Program-made: the position numbers and the translations under genes
Shown here: in pieces, positions 15,443 through 23,970 of the stretch
Numbering within the stretch: position 1 is the stretch's first letter
How the letters are laid out: every line of letters begins with the position of its first letter
Notes under the pieces: model-generated
Database searches by the model: none
What the model saw: only the letters and a program-made list of their open reading frames with translations
Told to the model about the DNA's origin: nothing
DNA from: an uncultured delta proteobacterium
GTDB taxonomy: Bacteria; Desulfobacterota; Desulfuromonadia; Geobacterales; Pseudopelobacteraceae
NCBI GenBank assembly: GCA_963772835.1
Contig: CAVYYZ010000018.1
Location: 7,852 to 31,851, forward strand
Reading direction: 5' to 3'
DNA: 24,000 nucleotides

Positions 15443-16765
15443 ATGCTGCTCATGCCCGGAAGAATTCTACAGCCGACTCTCGTCCAGAAGTTGATCATAA
15501 GCTATGCCATCATAGTATTTTGTCTGGTGGCGGCACTCCTCTACTCTAATAACGGCTTGAGAAGCATCTCCAAAACTGCAAACGAAATCGGAAGTGTCGA
15601 TCTTCCCGCAGCAGCGGCTGTGGATTCCTTGAGAGACTCACTAAAGGCACAGCATCGGGCGGTAGGCAGATTTTCCATTATGCCGGGGCAGGAATACAAA
15701 GATCTTTATTATGCCCAGGGGATTGAGTTCAGAAACTCCCTGTCAACTCTTCAAAAAACAGGTCTGAGTGCTCTCCCTTCTCTGCGGGTTGAATATGAAA
15801 TATTTGACAGAGCCGCTCAGGGGCTGTTTGACGGGGTGTTAGTGTCTGAAGGCAGAATGAAATCATCCGTTAAACGAGTTGAAAAAGGGATTGAAACCGT
15901 ACAGAACCAGCAAAACCTTCAGCTTGAATCAAAGCTGGTCGCGGCGAGAGAGAAAGAATCAAATACAATATCAACAGCTATGACACTTGCCTTCAGCGGC
16001 GTTGTTATTGCCATTTTTGTTGCAGTTTTTCTTGTGTACTCACTATCCAACTCCATTGCAAAACTGAAAAGGGCAACACACCGTATAGCAGCAGGGGATT
16101 TTGATCATGATCCAAAACTTGCTCAGGGAGATGAAATCGGTGACCTTGCAAAGGATTTCATGGTTATGGCCGCCCGGTTGAAAGAGCTGGAGCAGATAAG
16201 TCTTGACGCAAGTCCGCTTACCCGGCTGCCAGGAAATATTGCTATTGAACGCTTCATAAACAGACATTTGAAGGAACAGAAGCCGTTTGCAATGTGCTAT
16301 CTGGATCTTGATAATTTCAAGTCATACAATGATCACTACGGTTACATCAAGGCCAGCGAGCTGCTTAAGGAAGCGGGGCAGGTCATACACGAGGCGGTCA
16401 CCAGGCTTGGAAAACCGGACACCTTCGTCGGCCATATCGGTGGCGATGACTTTGTTGTGATAGTTGATGAAGAGGATGCCGATGCGGCATGTCAGGCAAT
16501 AATCCGGGGCATAGATTCCATGATTCCGAAATACTATTCCGATGAAGACCGTACTATCGGTTATATTGACGGGGTAGACAGGTACGGAGTTGAGCGCAGG
16601 TTTCCTCTCATTTCCATTTCCATTGCGGCTCTTGCGTGCAAACCGGGCAATTACGGATCCGCCGCCGAGATAGCAACCACCGCTGCGAAGATTAAAGACC
16701 AGGTGAAAAGTTCATCGGGAAGTAATTACATCATAGTTGAAAAGGGAAATATCGGTGAGGCGTAA
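15443..16765 (+). CDS. Membrane sensor with HAMP and a GGDEF-family domain carrying a GGDDF motif
   Basis: N-terminal TM, a helical extracytoplasmic region of about 150 aa and a second TM. HAMP segment IAKLKRATHRIAAGDFD...GDEIGDLAKDF. Cyclase domain PLTRLPGN...YLDLDNFKSYNDHYGY...GHIGGDDFVVI. Confidence 0.8.
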   Translation: MLLMPGRILQPTLVQKLIISYAIIVFCLVAALLYSNNGLRSISKTANEIGSVDLPAAAAVDSLRDSLKAQHRAVGRFSIMPGQEYKDLYYAQGIEFRNSLSTLQKTGLSALPSLRVEYEIFDRAAQGLFDGVLVSEGRMKSSVKRVEKGIETVQNQQNLQLESKLVAAREKESNTISTAMTLAFSGVVIAIFVAVFLVYSLSNSIAKLKRATHRIAAGDFDHDPKLAQGDEIGDLAKDFMVMAARLKELEQISLDASPLTRLPGNIAIERFINRHLKEQKPFAMCYLDLDNFKSYNDHYGYIKASELLKEAGQVIHEAVTRLGKPDTFVGHIGGDDFVVIVDEEDADAACQAIIRGIDSMIPKYYSDEDRTIGYIDGVDRYGVERRFPLISISIAALACKPGNYGSAAEIATTAAKIKDQVKSSSGSNYIIVEKGNIGEA

Positions 16766-17273
16766 TCTCACATACATGGTGCTTTTCTGCACGCTCCTGT
16801 TGAATCTCGCCGGATGCAGCGGAATCTTCAGCAATGGTACTGTGCGAAAGGTTTCAGAGCCGCAACAGAATCTTACTAGTGCTCTCAATATGATTCGATC
16901 AGGTCTGGAGAGTGAGGCGCGCCACTACCTGGAGCTGGTCATAGATTATTCCCGCGAGGATGGGGTTACGGACGAGGCGCTTTTCCGCCTGGCGGTCTTG
17001 AAACTCAACGACGGAGACCTGGGAGGCGGGAACAGCTCCGCGGCTCTCCTTGCGAGACTACGGCTTAACTATCCGGCAAGTGTATGGACAAAACAGGCAG
17101 CGCCGCTTCAGTTATATCTGCTGAATGTAAAGCACATCCGAAACCGTGAAAAAGAAATTAATGACCTGCATGATAAAAACCTGTCCCTGAGCAAGGACGT
17201 ACGTGGGCTGCGTCAGATCCTCGAACGGATGAAGGCTCTTGACACTGAATTGGAACAGAAAATCCAACGCTGA
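16755..17273 (+). CDS. Lipoprotein with a helical repeat region and a C-terminal coiled coil
   Basis: AAGGGA lies 8 nt before GTG 16755. Signal and lipobox MRRNLTYMVLFCTLLLNLAGC. It overlaps the GGDEF gene stop by 11 nt. The ORF-track start at 16737 is an alternative. Confidence 0.55.
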   Translation: MRRNLTYMVLFCTLLLNLAGCSGIFSNGTVRKVSEPQQNLTSALNMIRSGLESEARHYLELVIDYSREDGVTDEALFRLAVLKLNDGDLGGGNSSAALLARLRLNYPASVWTKQAAPLQLYLLNVKHIRNREKEINDLHDKNLSLSKDVRGLRQILERMKALDTELEQKIQR

Positions 17274-17382
17274 TTCTACAGATGCAGTATCAGCGACTGC
17301 TGTACGTTCTAATTACCGTTATCCCTCCGAGTTTACTTTTCCCGATTATCTGCTACGTTAACTATGACAATGAAAATTCATA

Positions 17383-17410
17383 TTGACATATAGAATATTA
17401 TATATATTAT
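17383..17410 (+). promoter_or_regulatory. Sigma70-type promoter for the efflux operon
   Basis: TTGACA - 16 nt - TATTAT lies in a very AT-rich stretch, 27 nt upstream of GGAGG-ATG 17437. Confidence 0.35.
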
Positions 17411-17436
17411 AAATTGTATAAAAGTGCGGAGGACAT

Positions 17437-18777
17437 ATGTTTCGAATAGTTATTACAGGTGCCGTAGTGCTTCTTTCGGTTGCCGCTGCCCAGGCCGAGG
17501 AGCTGAAACTTTCGCTCAAGGATGCAATGGGCATGGCTCTTGAGAACAACAGTCAAATCAAGGCTGCCCGTTTTAATTCCCAGACTGCTTCACAGGGAAT
17601 TCAGATCGCCAATTCCCGATATCTGCCTGCTGTTTCTTTTGAGGAATCACTGGTTGCGTCAAACTCGCCGATAAATACGTTTATGATGAAACTCGATGAG
17701 GGCCGCTTTACCCAGAACGATTTTCTGATCAGTAATCTCAATAATCCGGCTTCTCAGCATGATTTCAAAACCATCCTATCAGTTCAGCAGCCGTTATTTG
17801 TACCTTCTCTCTCCCCGCTTAAAGAGATGGCCGTCAAGGATGCGCAGAAATCTGAACTGGAATTGGAATCTGCCCGTCAGGGTATTGCCTTCCAGGTTTT
17901 TCAAACGTACCTTGAGGTGCAGAAGAGTGATGCCCAACTCAAGTCAGCTGATAAAGCTGTGGCGGATGCCAGGGAGAACATGCGGCTGGCAGGTGTCAGG
18001 ACATCAGAAGGAGTCGGCCTCAGATCAGATGAACTGCGGGCTCGCACACACCTGTCGTCAGTTGAGCAGCAGTATATCTCCGCCCATAACAACGTGACGC
18101 TTGCTCGGATGAAGCTGGCGATGTTGATCGGACTGCCTGATGAAAGTACATTTGAAATTACCGGAGTTCCCGGCAGTATTACTGTTCCCGTCATGAGCGA
18201 TCAGGTGGTCAGGGAGGCTCTTGATAACCGGGTTGAAATCAGGCAGTCCCGTACAGATCTTGAAAAATCAGATGCATCACTCAGGCTCGCCAGAAGGGAA
18301 TATCTGCCGACAGTCGGAGCTTTTGCTTCATACCAGTTGAACGCCAAGGATTCCCCTTTTTCTTCAGATAATGACGCCTGGACTGCGGGTGTTTCACTGA
18401 AATGGCAGTTGTTTGATGGATTCCGTCGAGGCAGCGAGCGTAAAAAGGCGGTTTCCGGTCAATCAGCCGCTCGAGAGATGCTGGAGTCTGCTACAAAGAA
18501 TGTCAGATACCAGATTAAGGAGAGTTACGTCCGTCGTGATGAAACGGGTAAACGCCTTGAGGTGACCCGGCACGCGGTTCTGGATGCCGAGGAGACAGTC
18601 AGGCTTCTTACCAAACGGTATGAAAATTCACTGGCAACGATGGTTGAATTACTTGACGCCCAGACGGCGCTTAACCAGACACGGGCAAACCTGGTTGAAA
18701 CCGAGGCAGAATATGCCCTTGCTGGTGGACGGGTTTATTATATGACGGGAACTTTTGTGAAGGAGATGCTGAAATGA
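17437..18777 (+). CDS. TolC-family outer-membrane efflux factor
   Basis: Signal peptide ...AAAQA/EEL. The duplicated OEP repeat pattern is present (LSLKDAMGMALENNSQIKAA... and VVREALDNRVEIRQS...). Confidence 0.85.
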   Translation: MFRIVITGAVVLLSVAAAQAEELKLSLKDAMGMALENNSQIKAARFNSQTASQGIQIANSRYLPAVSFEESLVASNSPINTFMMKLDEGRFTQNDFLISNLNNPASQHDFKTILSVQQPLFVPSLSPLKEMAVKDAQKSELELESARQGIAFQVFQTYLEVQKSDAQLKSADKAVADARENMRLAGVRTSEGVGLRSDELRARTHLSSVEQQYISAHNNVTLARMKLAMLIGLPDESTFEITGVPGSITVPVMSDQVVREALDNRVEIRQSRTDLEKSDASLRLARREYLPTVGAFASYQLNAKDSPFSSDNDAWTAGVSLKWQLFDGFRRGSERKKAVSGQSAAREMLESATKNVRYQIKESYVRRDETGKRLEVTRHAVLDAEETVRLLTKRYENSLATMVELLDAQTALNQTRANLVETEAEYALAGGRVYYMTGTFVKEMLK

Positions 18778-19889
18778 TGAACTTTAAACTGGTAATAACG
18801 ATCCTTCTGCCGGCCGTATTTTTCGCTGCGGGGTGTTCAAAGAAGCAGGAGGCGGGAAAAACTGAAAATGCGCCGGTTGCGGTCATTAAGGGTGTGTCTC
18901 TGGAAACCGTCAAGAACGTTGCCATGCCGGAACTGCTGGATGTAGTCGGAAGCGTACGTGCCCGCACCAGTGCGGTTGTATCGACCCGCATTCCCGGCAG
19001 CATCAGCGTCCTCCGTGTCCATGAAGGTGACAGAGTGCGCAAGGGACAGTTGCTGGCGCAGCTGGATGCCCAGGAAAACCAGGCAACAGCAGCAGCAGCA
19101 ACTGCTGTAGTTGATGAGGCACGACGCGGAGTTGACGAAGCGATCTCCCGGAAAAAACTGGCCGATATGACCTTCGAACGCTACAACAACCTCTTCAAAG
19201 AACAGGCCATAAGCCGCCAGGAGTTTGATGTCAAACAGACCGAAAAAGATATCGCCGCCGGAGGATTGGCACGTGCCGAATCAAGGCTGAAGCAGAGCCA
19301 GGAAGGAGCAAAGGCTGCCACAACCATGTCTGATTATACCCGGATCCTCGCTCCGGTCTCCGGAGTTGTCGTCAGCAAACAGGCCGATCTGGGTGCGACG
19401 GTATTCCCGGGGCAGCCGTTAATGACGATAGAAGATGAAGGGACCTATCAATTGGAGCTGGCTCTGCCGGAAAATATGGCGTCAAAGGTTAAGCCTGGTA
19501 CATCGCTTCAAATCACAATAGATGCCACCGGGAGTTCATTCGCTGCCAGAATAGCCGAAATGGTTCCGGCCGCCGACTCGGCCAGCCGTACCGTTATAGC
19601 CAAGATTGCACTGAACCAGAAGGGTTTGAAATCCGGTATGTTTGGCCGGGGCGCGATCAGCCTCGGGACAACTGTTAACGGTTTTACCGTGCCGAATAAG
19701 TCCGTTGTTGTTCACGGCGCACTGACTTCGGTCTGGACGGTGGACAAAGAGAACATTGCCCGTATGAGGATCGTCAAGGTTGGCAGGCAAGCCGGAGATA
19801 GAGTGGAAATTCTTTCCGGACTGTCCGAAGGTGACCGTGTGGTCATCACTGGTGTTGAGAAGATCACTGAAGCGGCAAAGGTGGAGTAG
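18774..19889 (+). CDS. RND efflux periplasmic adaptor (MFP/HlyD family), lipoprotein
   Basis: Lipobox FFAAGC, a barrel-sandwich/hairpin pattern and ILAPVSGVVVSKQADLGATV. It overlaps the tolC-like stop. Confidence 0.85.
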   Translation: MMNFKLVITILLPAVFFAAGCSKKQEAGKTENAPVAVIKGVSLETVKNVAMPELLDVVGSVRARTSAVVSTRIPGSISVLRVHEGDRVRKGQLLAQLDAQENQATAAAATAVVDEARRGVDEAISRKKLADMTFERYNNLFKEQAISRQEFDVKQTEKDIAAGGLARAESRLKQSQEGAKAATTMSDYTRILAPVSGVVVSKQADLGATVFPGQPLMTIEDEGTYQLELALPENMASKVKPGTSLQITIDATGSSFAARIAEMVPAADSASRTVIAKIALNQKGLKSGMFGRGAISLGTTVNGFTVPNKSVVVHGALTSVWTVDKENIARMRIVKVGRQAGDRVEILSGLSEGDRVVITGVEKITEAAKVE

Positions 19890-19892
19890 AAC

Positions 19893-22800
19893 ATGAGAGA
19901 CCTCGGTTTTGCCGGTAAAATTGCCCATGCCTTCATCAATTCCAAGTTGACTCCGCTGATTGTAGGGGCCTCACTGCTGCTCGGCTTCTTCGCCGTCAAG
20001 ATGACCCCTCGCGAAGAGGAACCGCAGATTGTGGTGCCGATGGTGGATATTTACCTTCCGATGCCCGGCTCGTCTCCGCAGGAGGTCCAGGAACGGGTAG
20101 TCAAGCCTTTTGAAGCCAAGCTGTGGGAGATCAAGGGGGTTGAGTACCTCTATTCCATGAGCCGTCCCGGCATGGGTATCATTACTGTCCGCTTTCAGGT
20201 GGGACAGCCTATGGAAGAATCATTGGTCAAGCTTTACAACAAAGTCATGAGCAACCGCCCTCTGCTCCCTCCAGGCGCCTACGAACCTCTGGTGGTACCA
20301 AAGTCTATTGATGATGTCCCTATTCTGGCAGTGACTCTCTGGTCGGAGCGTTACGATCACGGGACGTTACGGACTGTGGCACGCGAGGTTGCCGATGAAC
20401 TGAAAAAAAGCGAAAATACAGCTGAAACATCCATAACCGGCGGACTCTCCAGACAGCTGCGGGTCACTCTGGATGCACCGCGTCTTGCCGGGTTCGGTCT
20501 CTCGCCGCTGCAGGTGGCGGGTGCATTACAGAAGGGCAATTCCTCACTGCCATCGGGTAGCTTTTCCAACGATAACAGTGAGATATTGGTACAAACCGGC
20601 GGATTTCTCGAAAGTGCCGAAGCGGTAAAGCGGTTGGTGATCGGGGTGTATGGCGGTAAACCGGTGTATCTGTCGGACGTGGCACGGGTGGAGGACGGCC
20701 TGAGTGAACCGGTGGACTATGTTTTTTTCGGTATGGGCCCGGGAGCTGCACATAAGGGGATTACCGGAAATTCCACACTGGATTATGCTGCAGTAACTAT
20801 CGCCGTTGCCAAGCGCGCTGGAGCCAACGCCACCTGGATTGCAGACGACCTGCTGAAGAGAGTTGAGTTCATGAAAGGGAAGATTATCCCTTCTGATGTC
20901 CATGTAACCATCACGCGCAATTACGGAGAGACCGCCCGTGAAAAGAATAACGAACTGCTTTTCCATATGTTTCTTGCTGCCATCTCGGTCACTCTCCTGA
21001 TCGCTCTCTTTATGGGGTGGCGGGCCGGAGCAGTGGCGGCGATCGCAATTCCGGTCACTCTGGCGCTGACGTTGATGGTGATTTATCTGATTGGGTACAC
21101 CCTCAACCGCATCACGCTCTTTGCGCTTATCTTTTCGATCGGGATTTTGGTTGATGATGCGATTGTCGTTGTGGAAAATATCCACCGGTTTTTCACCACT
21201 AAAATAATGGATCCCCTGGAGGCGGCAATACGTGCGGTGGATGAGGTCGGTAATCCGACGGTTCTTGCCACCTTTGCCGTCATCGCTTCTGTTATGCCGA
21301 TGGGTTTTGTGGGCGGTCTGATGGGCCCCTACATGCGCCCGATCCCTGTCGGAGCCAGTACCGCCATGCTCCTTTCCATGTTCATCGCCTTCATTGTTAC
21401 CCCCTATTTTGCCTTCCGGTTTATGAAAGGGACGTCACATCAGAGTGCAGCAGATGAAATAAAGGTATCGAAGCTGACGATCTTCTATCGCCGCTTGATG
21501 GGAAGGTTTCTGCATGACTCAAAAATGCGGAATGCGTTTCTGGGTGGTGTTGTTCTGTTATTGCTGGTTTCCTGTTCACTGATCTATTTTAAAGCGGTTA
21601 CTGTAAAAATGCTCCCGTTTGACAATAAAAACGAACTGCAGATTATCATTGATTCTCCTGACGGCACTCCGCTGGAGCAGACCGCTCGTATGACCCGTGA
21701 AATGGGGAATGTGCTCCGCACCGTCCCGGAGGTAACAGATTTTCAACAGTATATCGGCACCAATGCACCGTTCAATTTCAATGGGCTGGTGCGCCACTAT
21801 TATCTGCGTAAAGGATCGAGTCTGGCTGATATCCAGGTCAATCTGCTCCCGAAGGAGGAACGTAAGGAACAGTCTCATGAGATTGCCAAACGCATCCGTC
21901 CCCTGGTGAAGGTAATTGCAGATAAATACAGTGCACGGGTAAAGGTGGCCGAGATCCCTCCGGGTCCTCCGGTGCTGGCAACTCTGGTGGCTGAATTGTA
22001 TGGGCCTGATGACGCATCGCGTGCAGCTGCAGCTGCAAAAGTCAAGGGTATCATGGCCAAAACCGAGGGTGTGGTAGATGTTGACTGGTACCGGGAGGAT
22101 AACCAGTCCAAGCTTACCTTTGCCGTTGATCGCGAGAAAGCGTCGCTTTCCGGCGTCGCCGTGGATGACGTTGCTAAAACCCTGCGTATCGCCCTGAGTG
22201 GTCAGGATGCCGGACTGCTGCACCTGGCAAAAGAGAAGGAACCGGTGACCATCAACCTTCGGCTCCCCGCCGGTCAGCGGAGTTCCGCTGCCGCGTTGTC
22301 ATCAATATATGTTTCCGGAACGAAGGGAAACATCCCGTTGTCACAACTTGTACGCGTCAGTTCGGCTAATGAGGATAAGACCCTTTATCGTAAAAACCTG
22401 AAAAATGTCGTGTATGTGACTGCCGATGTAGCAGGACAGATTGAGGCGCCGGTGTATGCCATACTGAAGATGCAGAAGGAGATTGATGCCATTTCTTCAT
22501 CAGACGGGCGGAAGATTGAGGTGCTTGCCTCACGTCAGCCATGGAGCGAAGAGCATCTTGGCATGAAGTGGGACGGCGAATGGCACATCACCTTTGAAGT
22601 GTTTCGTGATCTGGGGATCGCTTTCGGGGCTGTCATGGTGCTGATTTACATCCTGGTGGTTGCCTGGTTCAGAGATTTTACCACACCATTGGTAATTATG
22701 GCTCCGATTCCGCTGACCCTTATCGGTATCCTGCCCGGGCATGCCATGTTCGGGGCATTCTTTACCGCCACCAGCATGATCGGCTTCATTGCGCTGGCCG

Positions 22801-23108
22801 GCATCATCGTTCGTAACTCGATAATTCTTATTGATTTTGCAGTACTGCGCCAGCAGCAGGGATTGCCGCTGGATGAAGCTATTATCGAGGCCGGGGCAGT
22901 TCGCTTTCGACCGATGCTCTTAACCGCAGCGGCTGTTGTCGTGGGGAGTTTTGTCATCCTGTTCGATCCGATCTTCCAGGGGTTGGCTATCGCCATGATG
23001 TGTGGTGAAATCGCAGCGACAACCCTGTCTCAGATTACAATTCCGATTTTGTATTTTCTGGTACAACGCAGAAAAGCACCGCGCACCGTCGAAGTTGTCA
23101 CCCCGTAA
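19893..23108 (+). CDS. RND efflux permease (AcrB/HAE-like rather than CzcA/CusA-like)
   Basis: 1071 aa with 12-TM architecture. The TM4 motif is FSIGILVDDAIVVVENI. GGAG RBS. Confidence 0.9.
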   Translation: MRDLGFAGKIAHAFINSKLTPLIVGASLLLGFFAVKMTPREEEPQIVVPMVDIYLPMPGSSPQEVQERVVKPFEAKLWEIKGVEYLYSMSRPGMGIITVRFQVGQPMEESLVKLYNKVMSNRPLLPPGAYEPLVVPKSIDDVPILAVTLWSERYDHGTLRTVAREVADELKKSENTAETSITGGLSRQLRVTLDAPRLAGFGLSPLQVAGALQKGNSSLPSGSFSNDNSEILVQTGGFLESAEAVKRLVIGVYGGKPVYLSDVARVEDGLSEPVDYVFFGMGPGAAHKGITGNSTLDYAAVTIAVAKRAGANATWIADDLLKRVEFMKGKIIPSDVHVTITRNYGETAREKNNELLFHMFLAAISVTLLIALFMGWRAGAVAAIAIPVTLALTLMVIYLIGYTLNRITLFALIFSIGILVDDAIVVVENIHRFFTTKIMDPLEAAIRAVDEVGNPTVLATFAVIASVMPMGFVGGLMGPYMRPIPVGASTAMLLSMFIAFIVTPYFAFRFMKGTSHQSAADEIKVSKLTIFYRRLMGRFLHDSKMRNAFLGGVVLLLLVSCSLIYFKAVTVKMLPFDNKNELQIIIDSPDGTPLEQTARMTREMGNVLRTVPEVTDFQQYIGTNAPFNFNGLVRHYYLRKGSSLADIQVNLLPKEERKEQSHEIAKRIRPLVKVIADKYSARVKVAEIPPGPPVLATLVAELYGPDDASRAAAAAKVKGIMAKTEGVVDVDWYREDNQSKLTFAVDREKASLSGVAVDDVAKTLRIALSGQDAGLLHLAKEKEPVTINLRLPAGQRSSAAALSSIYVSGTKGNIPLSQLVRVSSANEDKTLYRKNLKNVVYVTADVAGQIEAPVYAILKMQKEIDAISSSDGRKIEVLASRQPWSEEHLGMKWDGEWHITFEVFRDLGIAFGAVMVLIYILVVAWFRDFTTPLVIMAPIPLTLIGILPGHAMFGAFFTATSMIGFIALAGIIVRNSIILIDFAVLRQQQGLPLDEAIIEAGAVRFRPMLLTAAAVVVGSFVILFDPIFQGLAIAMMCGEIAATTLSQITIPILYFLVQRRKAPRTVEVVTP

Positions 23109-23119
23109 AGAGAGGAAAC

Positions 23120-23551
23120 ATGTTCTGGTCGAAAAAAACAAAGCTGCCTGTAGAAGGTCAGGAACTGGCCGGGCAATGCCGGGCAGAAGCCGAACAGTTG
23201 TACCGGTCAGGGAAATATCACTGTGCGGAAGCGGTGTTGGAGGTCGTGCGGCGGCATTTCGCGGCAGACCTGCCGGAATCGATAGTCGGCACCGTATCGG
23301 GTTTCGGCGGCGGTTCCGGTTCTGGGTGTATCTGCGGGGCAGTTTCAGGCGCCACCGTTGCACTCGGGTTGATTTTGGCGGATAAGAAGGAAACCTCTCA
23401 TCTTACGAGGGAACTGCATACCTGGTTTAAGGAAAAGTACGGAGTGACATGCTGCAAAATCATCCGTCAGAACCACAAGGGTGTCTGCCCGGTGCTGACG
23501 GGTGAAGTAGCGGGAAAGGTCGCTGAAATGCTGGGAAGAAAAAATCCGTGA
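23120..23551 (+). CDS. C_GCAxxG_C_C family redox-active protein
   Basis: YHCAEAV, GCICGAVSGA, TCCKII and VCPVL fall in the spacing of that family. GAGAGGAAAC RBS, 11 nt after the RND stop. Confidence 0.8.
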   Translation: MFWSKKTKLPVEGQELAGQCRAEAEQLYRSGKYHCAEAVLEVVRRHFAADLPESIVGTVSGFGGGSGSGCICGAVSGATVALGLILADKKETSHLTRELHTWFKEKYGVTCCKIIRQNHKGVCPVLTGEVAGKVAEMLGRKNP

Positions 23552-23563
23552 AAGGAAACGTAT

Positions 23564-23653
23564 ATGAATGATCTACTGATGCTGGTTGGAATACTGATAT
23601 TCTGGGTAGTTCTTCAGAAATACATTCTGCCCCGTCTCGGGGTGCGAACCTGA
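23564..23653 (+). CDS. Candidate 29-aa single-TM micro-protein (below the ORF-track cutoff)
   Basis: AAAGGAA lies 7 nt before the ATG. It encodes MNDLLMLVGILIFWVVLQKYILPRLGVRT then TGA. The TGA is followed directly by an in-frame ATG. Confidence 0.3.
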   Translation: MNDLLMLVGILIFWVVLQKYILPRLGVRT

Positions 23654-23745
23654 ATGTCTGATTCATGTGACCTCGGGGACCGGGGCACGAACAGTACCAT
23701 CGAAAAAACTCATGACAATAAAAAAGGAATCAAAGGTGATACACC

Positions 23746-23970
23746 ATGAAAGATGAATTCTACATCGAGCGTATCGTGCGCATTGTGGCAGGAGCATTTG
23801 TTATGATCTCGCTGCTTCTGGCCCATTTCCATTCACCAAACTGGCTCTGGTTTACCGGTTTTGTCGGCCTGAACCTATTTCAGTCTGGATTTACACAGTT
23901 CTGCCCCATGTTTAACATTCTTGCAAAAATGGGTGTTCCACGCTTTCCGAAGAGCGGTTGCTGCAAGTGA
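23746..23970 (+). CDS. DUF2892 / YgaP-like two-helix membrane protein with a C-terminal GCCK
   Basis: [17 protein letters not shown]...[27 protein letters not shown] is the DUF2892 pattern. Confidence 0.7.
   Translation: MKDEFYIERIVRIVAGAFVMISLLLAHFHSPNWLWFTGFVGLNLFQSGFTQFCPMFNILAKMGVPRFPKSGCCK

Noticed and set aside
19893-23108. Reading the RND pump as a dedicated heavy-metal (CzcA/CusA-type) or mercury exporter because of its neighbours.
   Set aside because: The TM4 motif is VDDAIVVVEN (HAE/AcrB-like) rather than the HME-type motif as I recall it. Substrate cannot be inferred from context alone.
23651-23665. Hairpin TGAAT-GTCTG-ATTCA, which includes the micro-ORF TGA, as a SECIS element.
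   Set aside because: It has a 5-bp AT-rich stem and its loop is only 5 nt from the UGA. That is far closer than known bacterial SECIS geometry.
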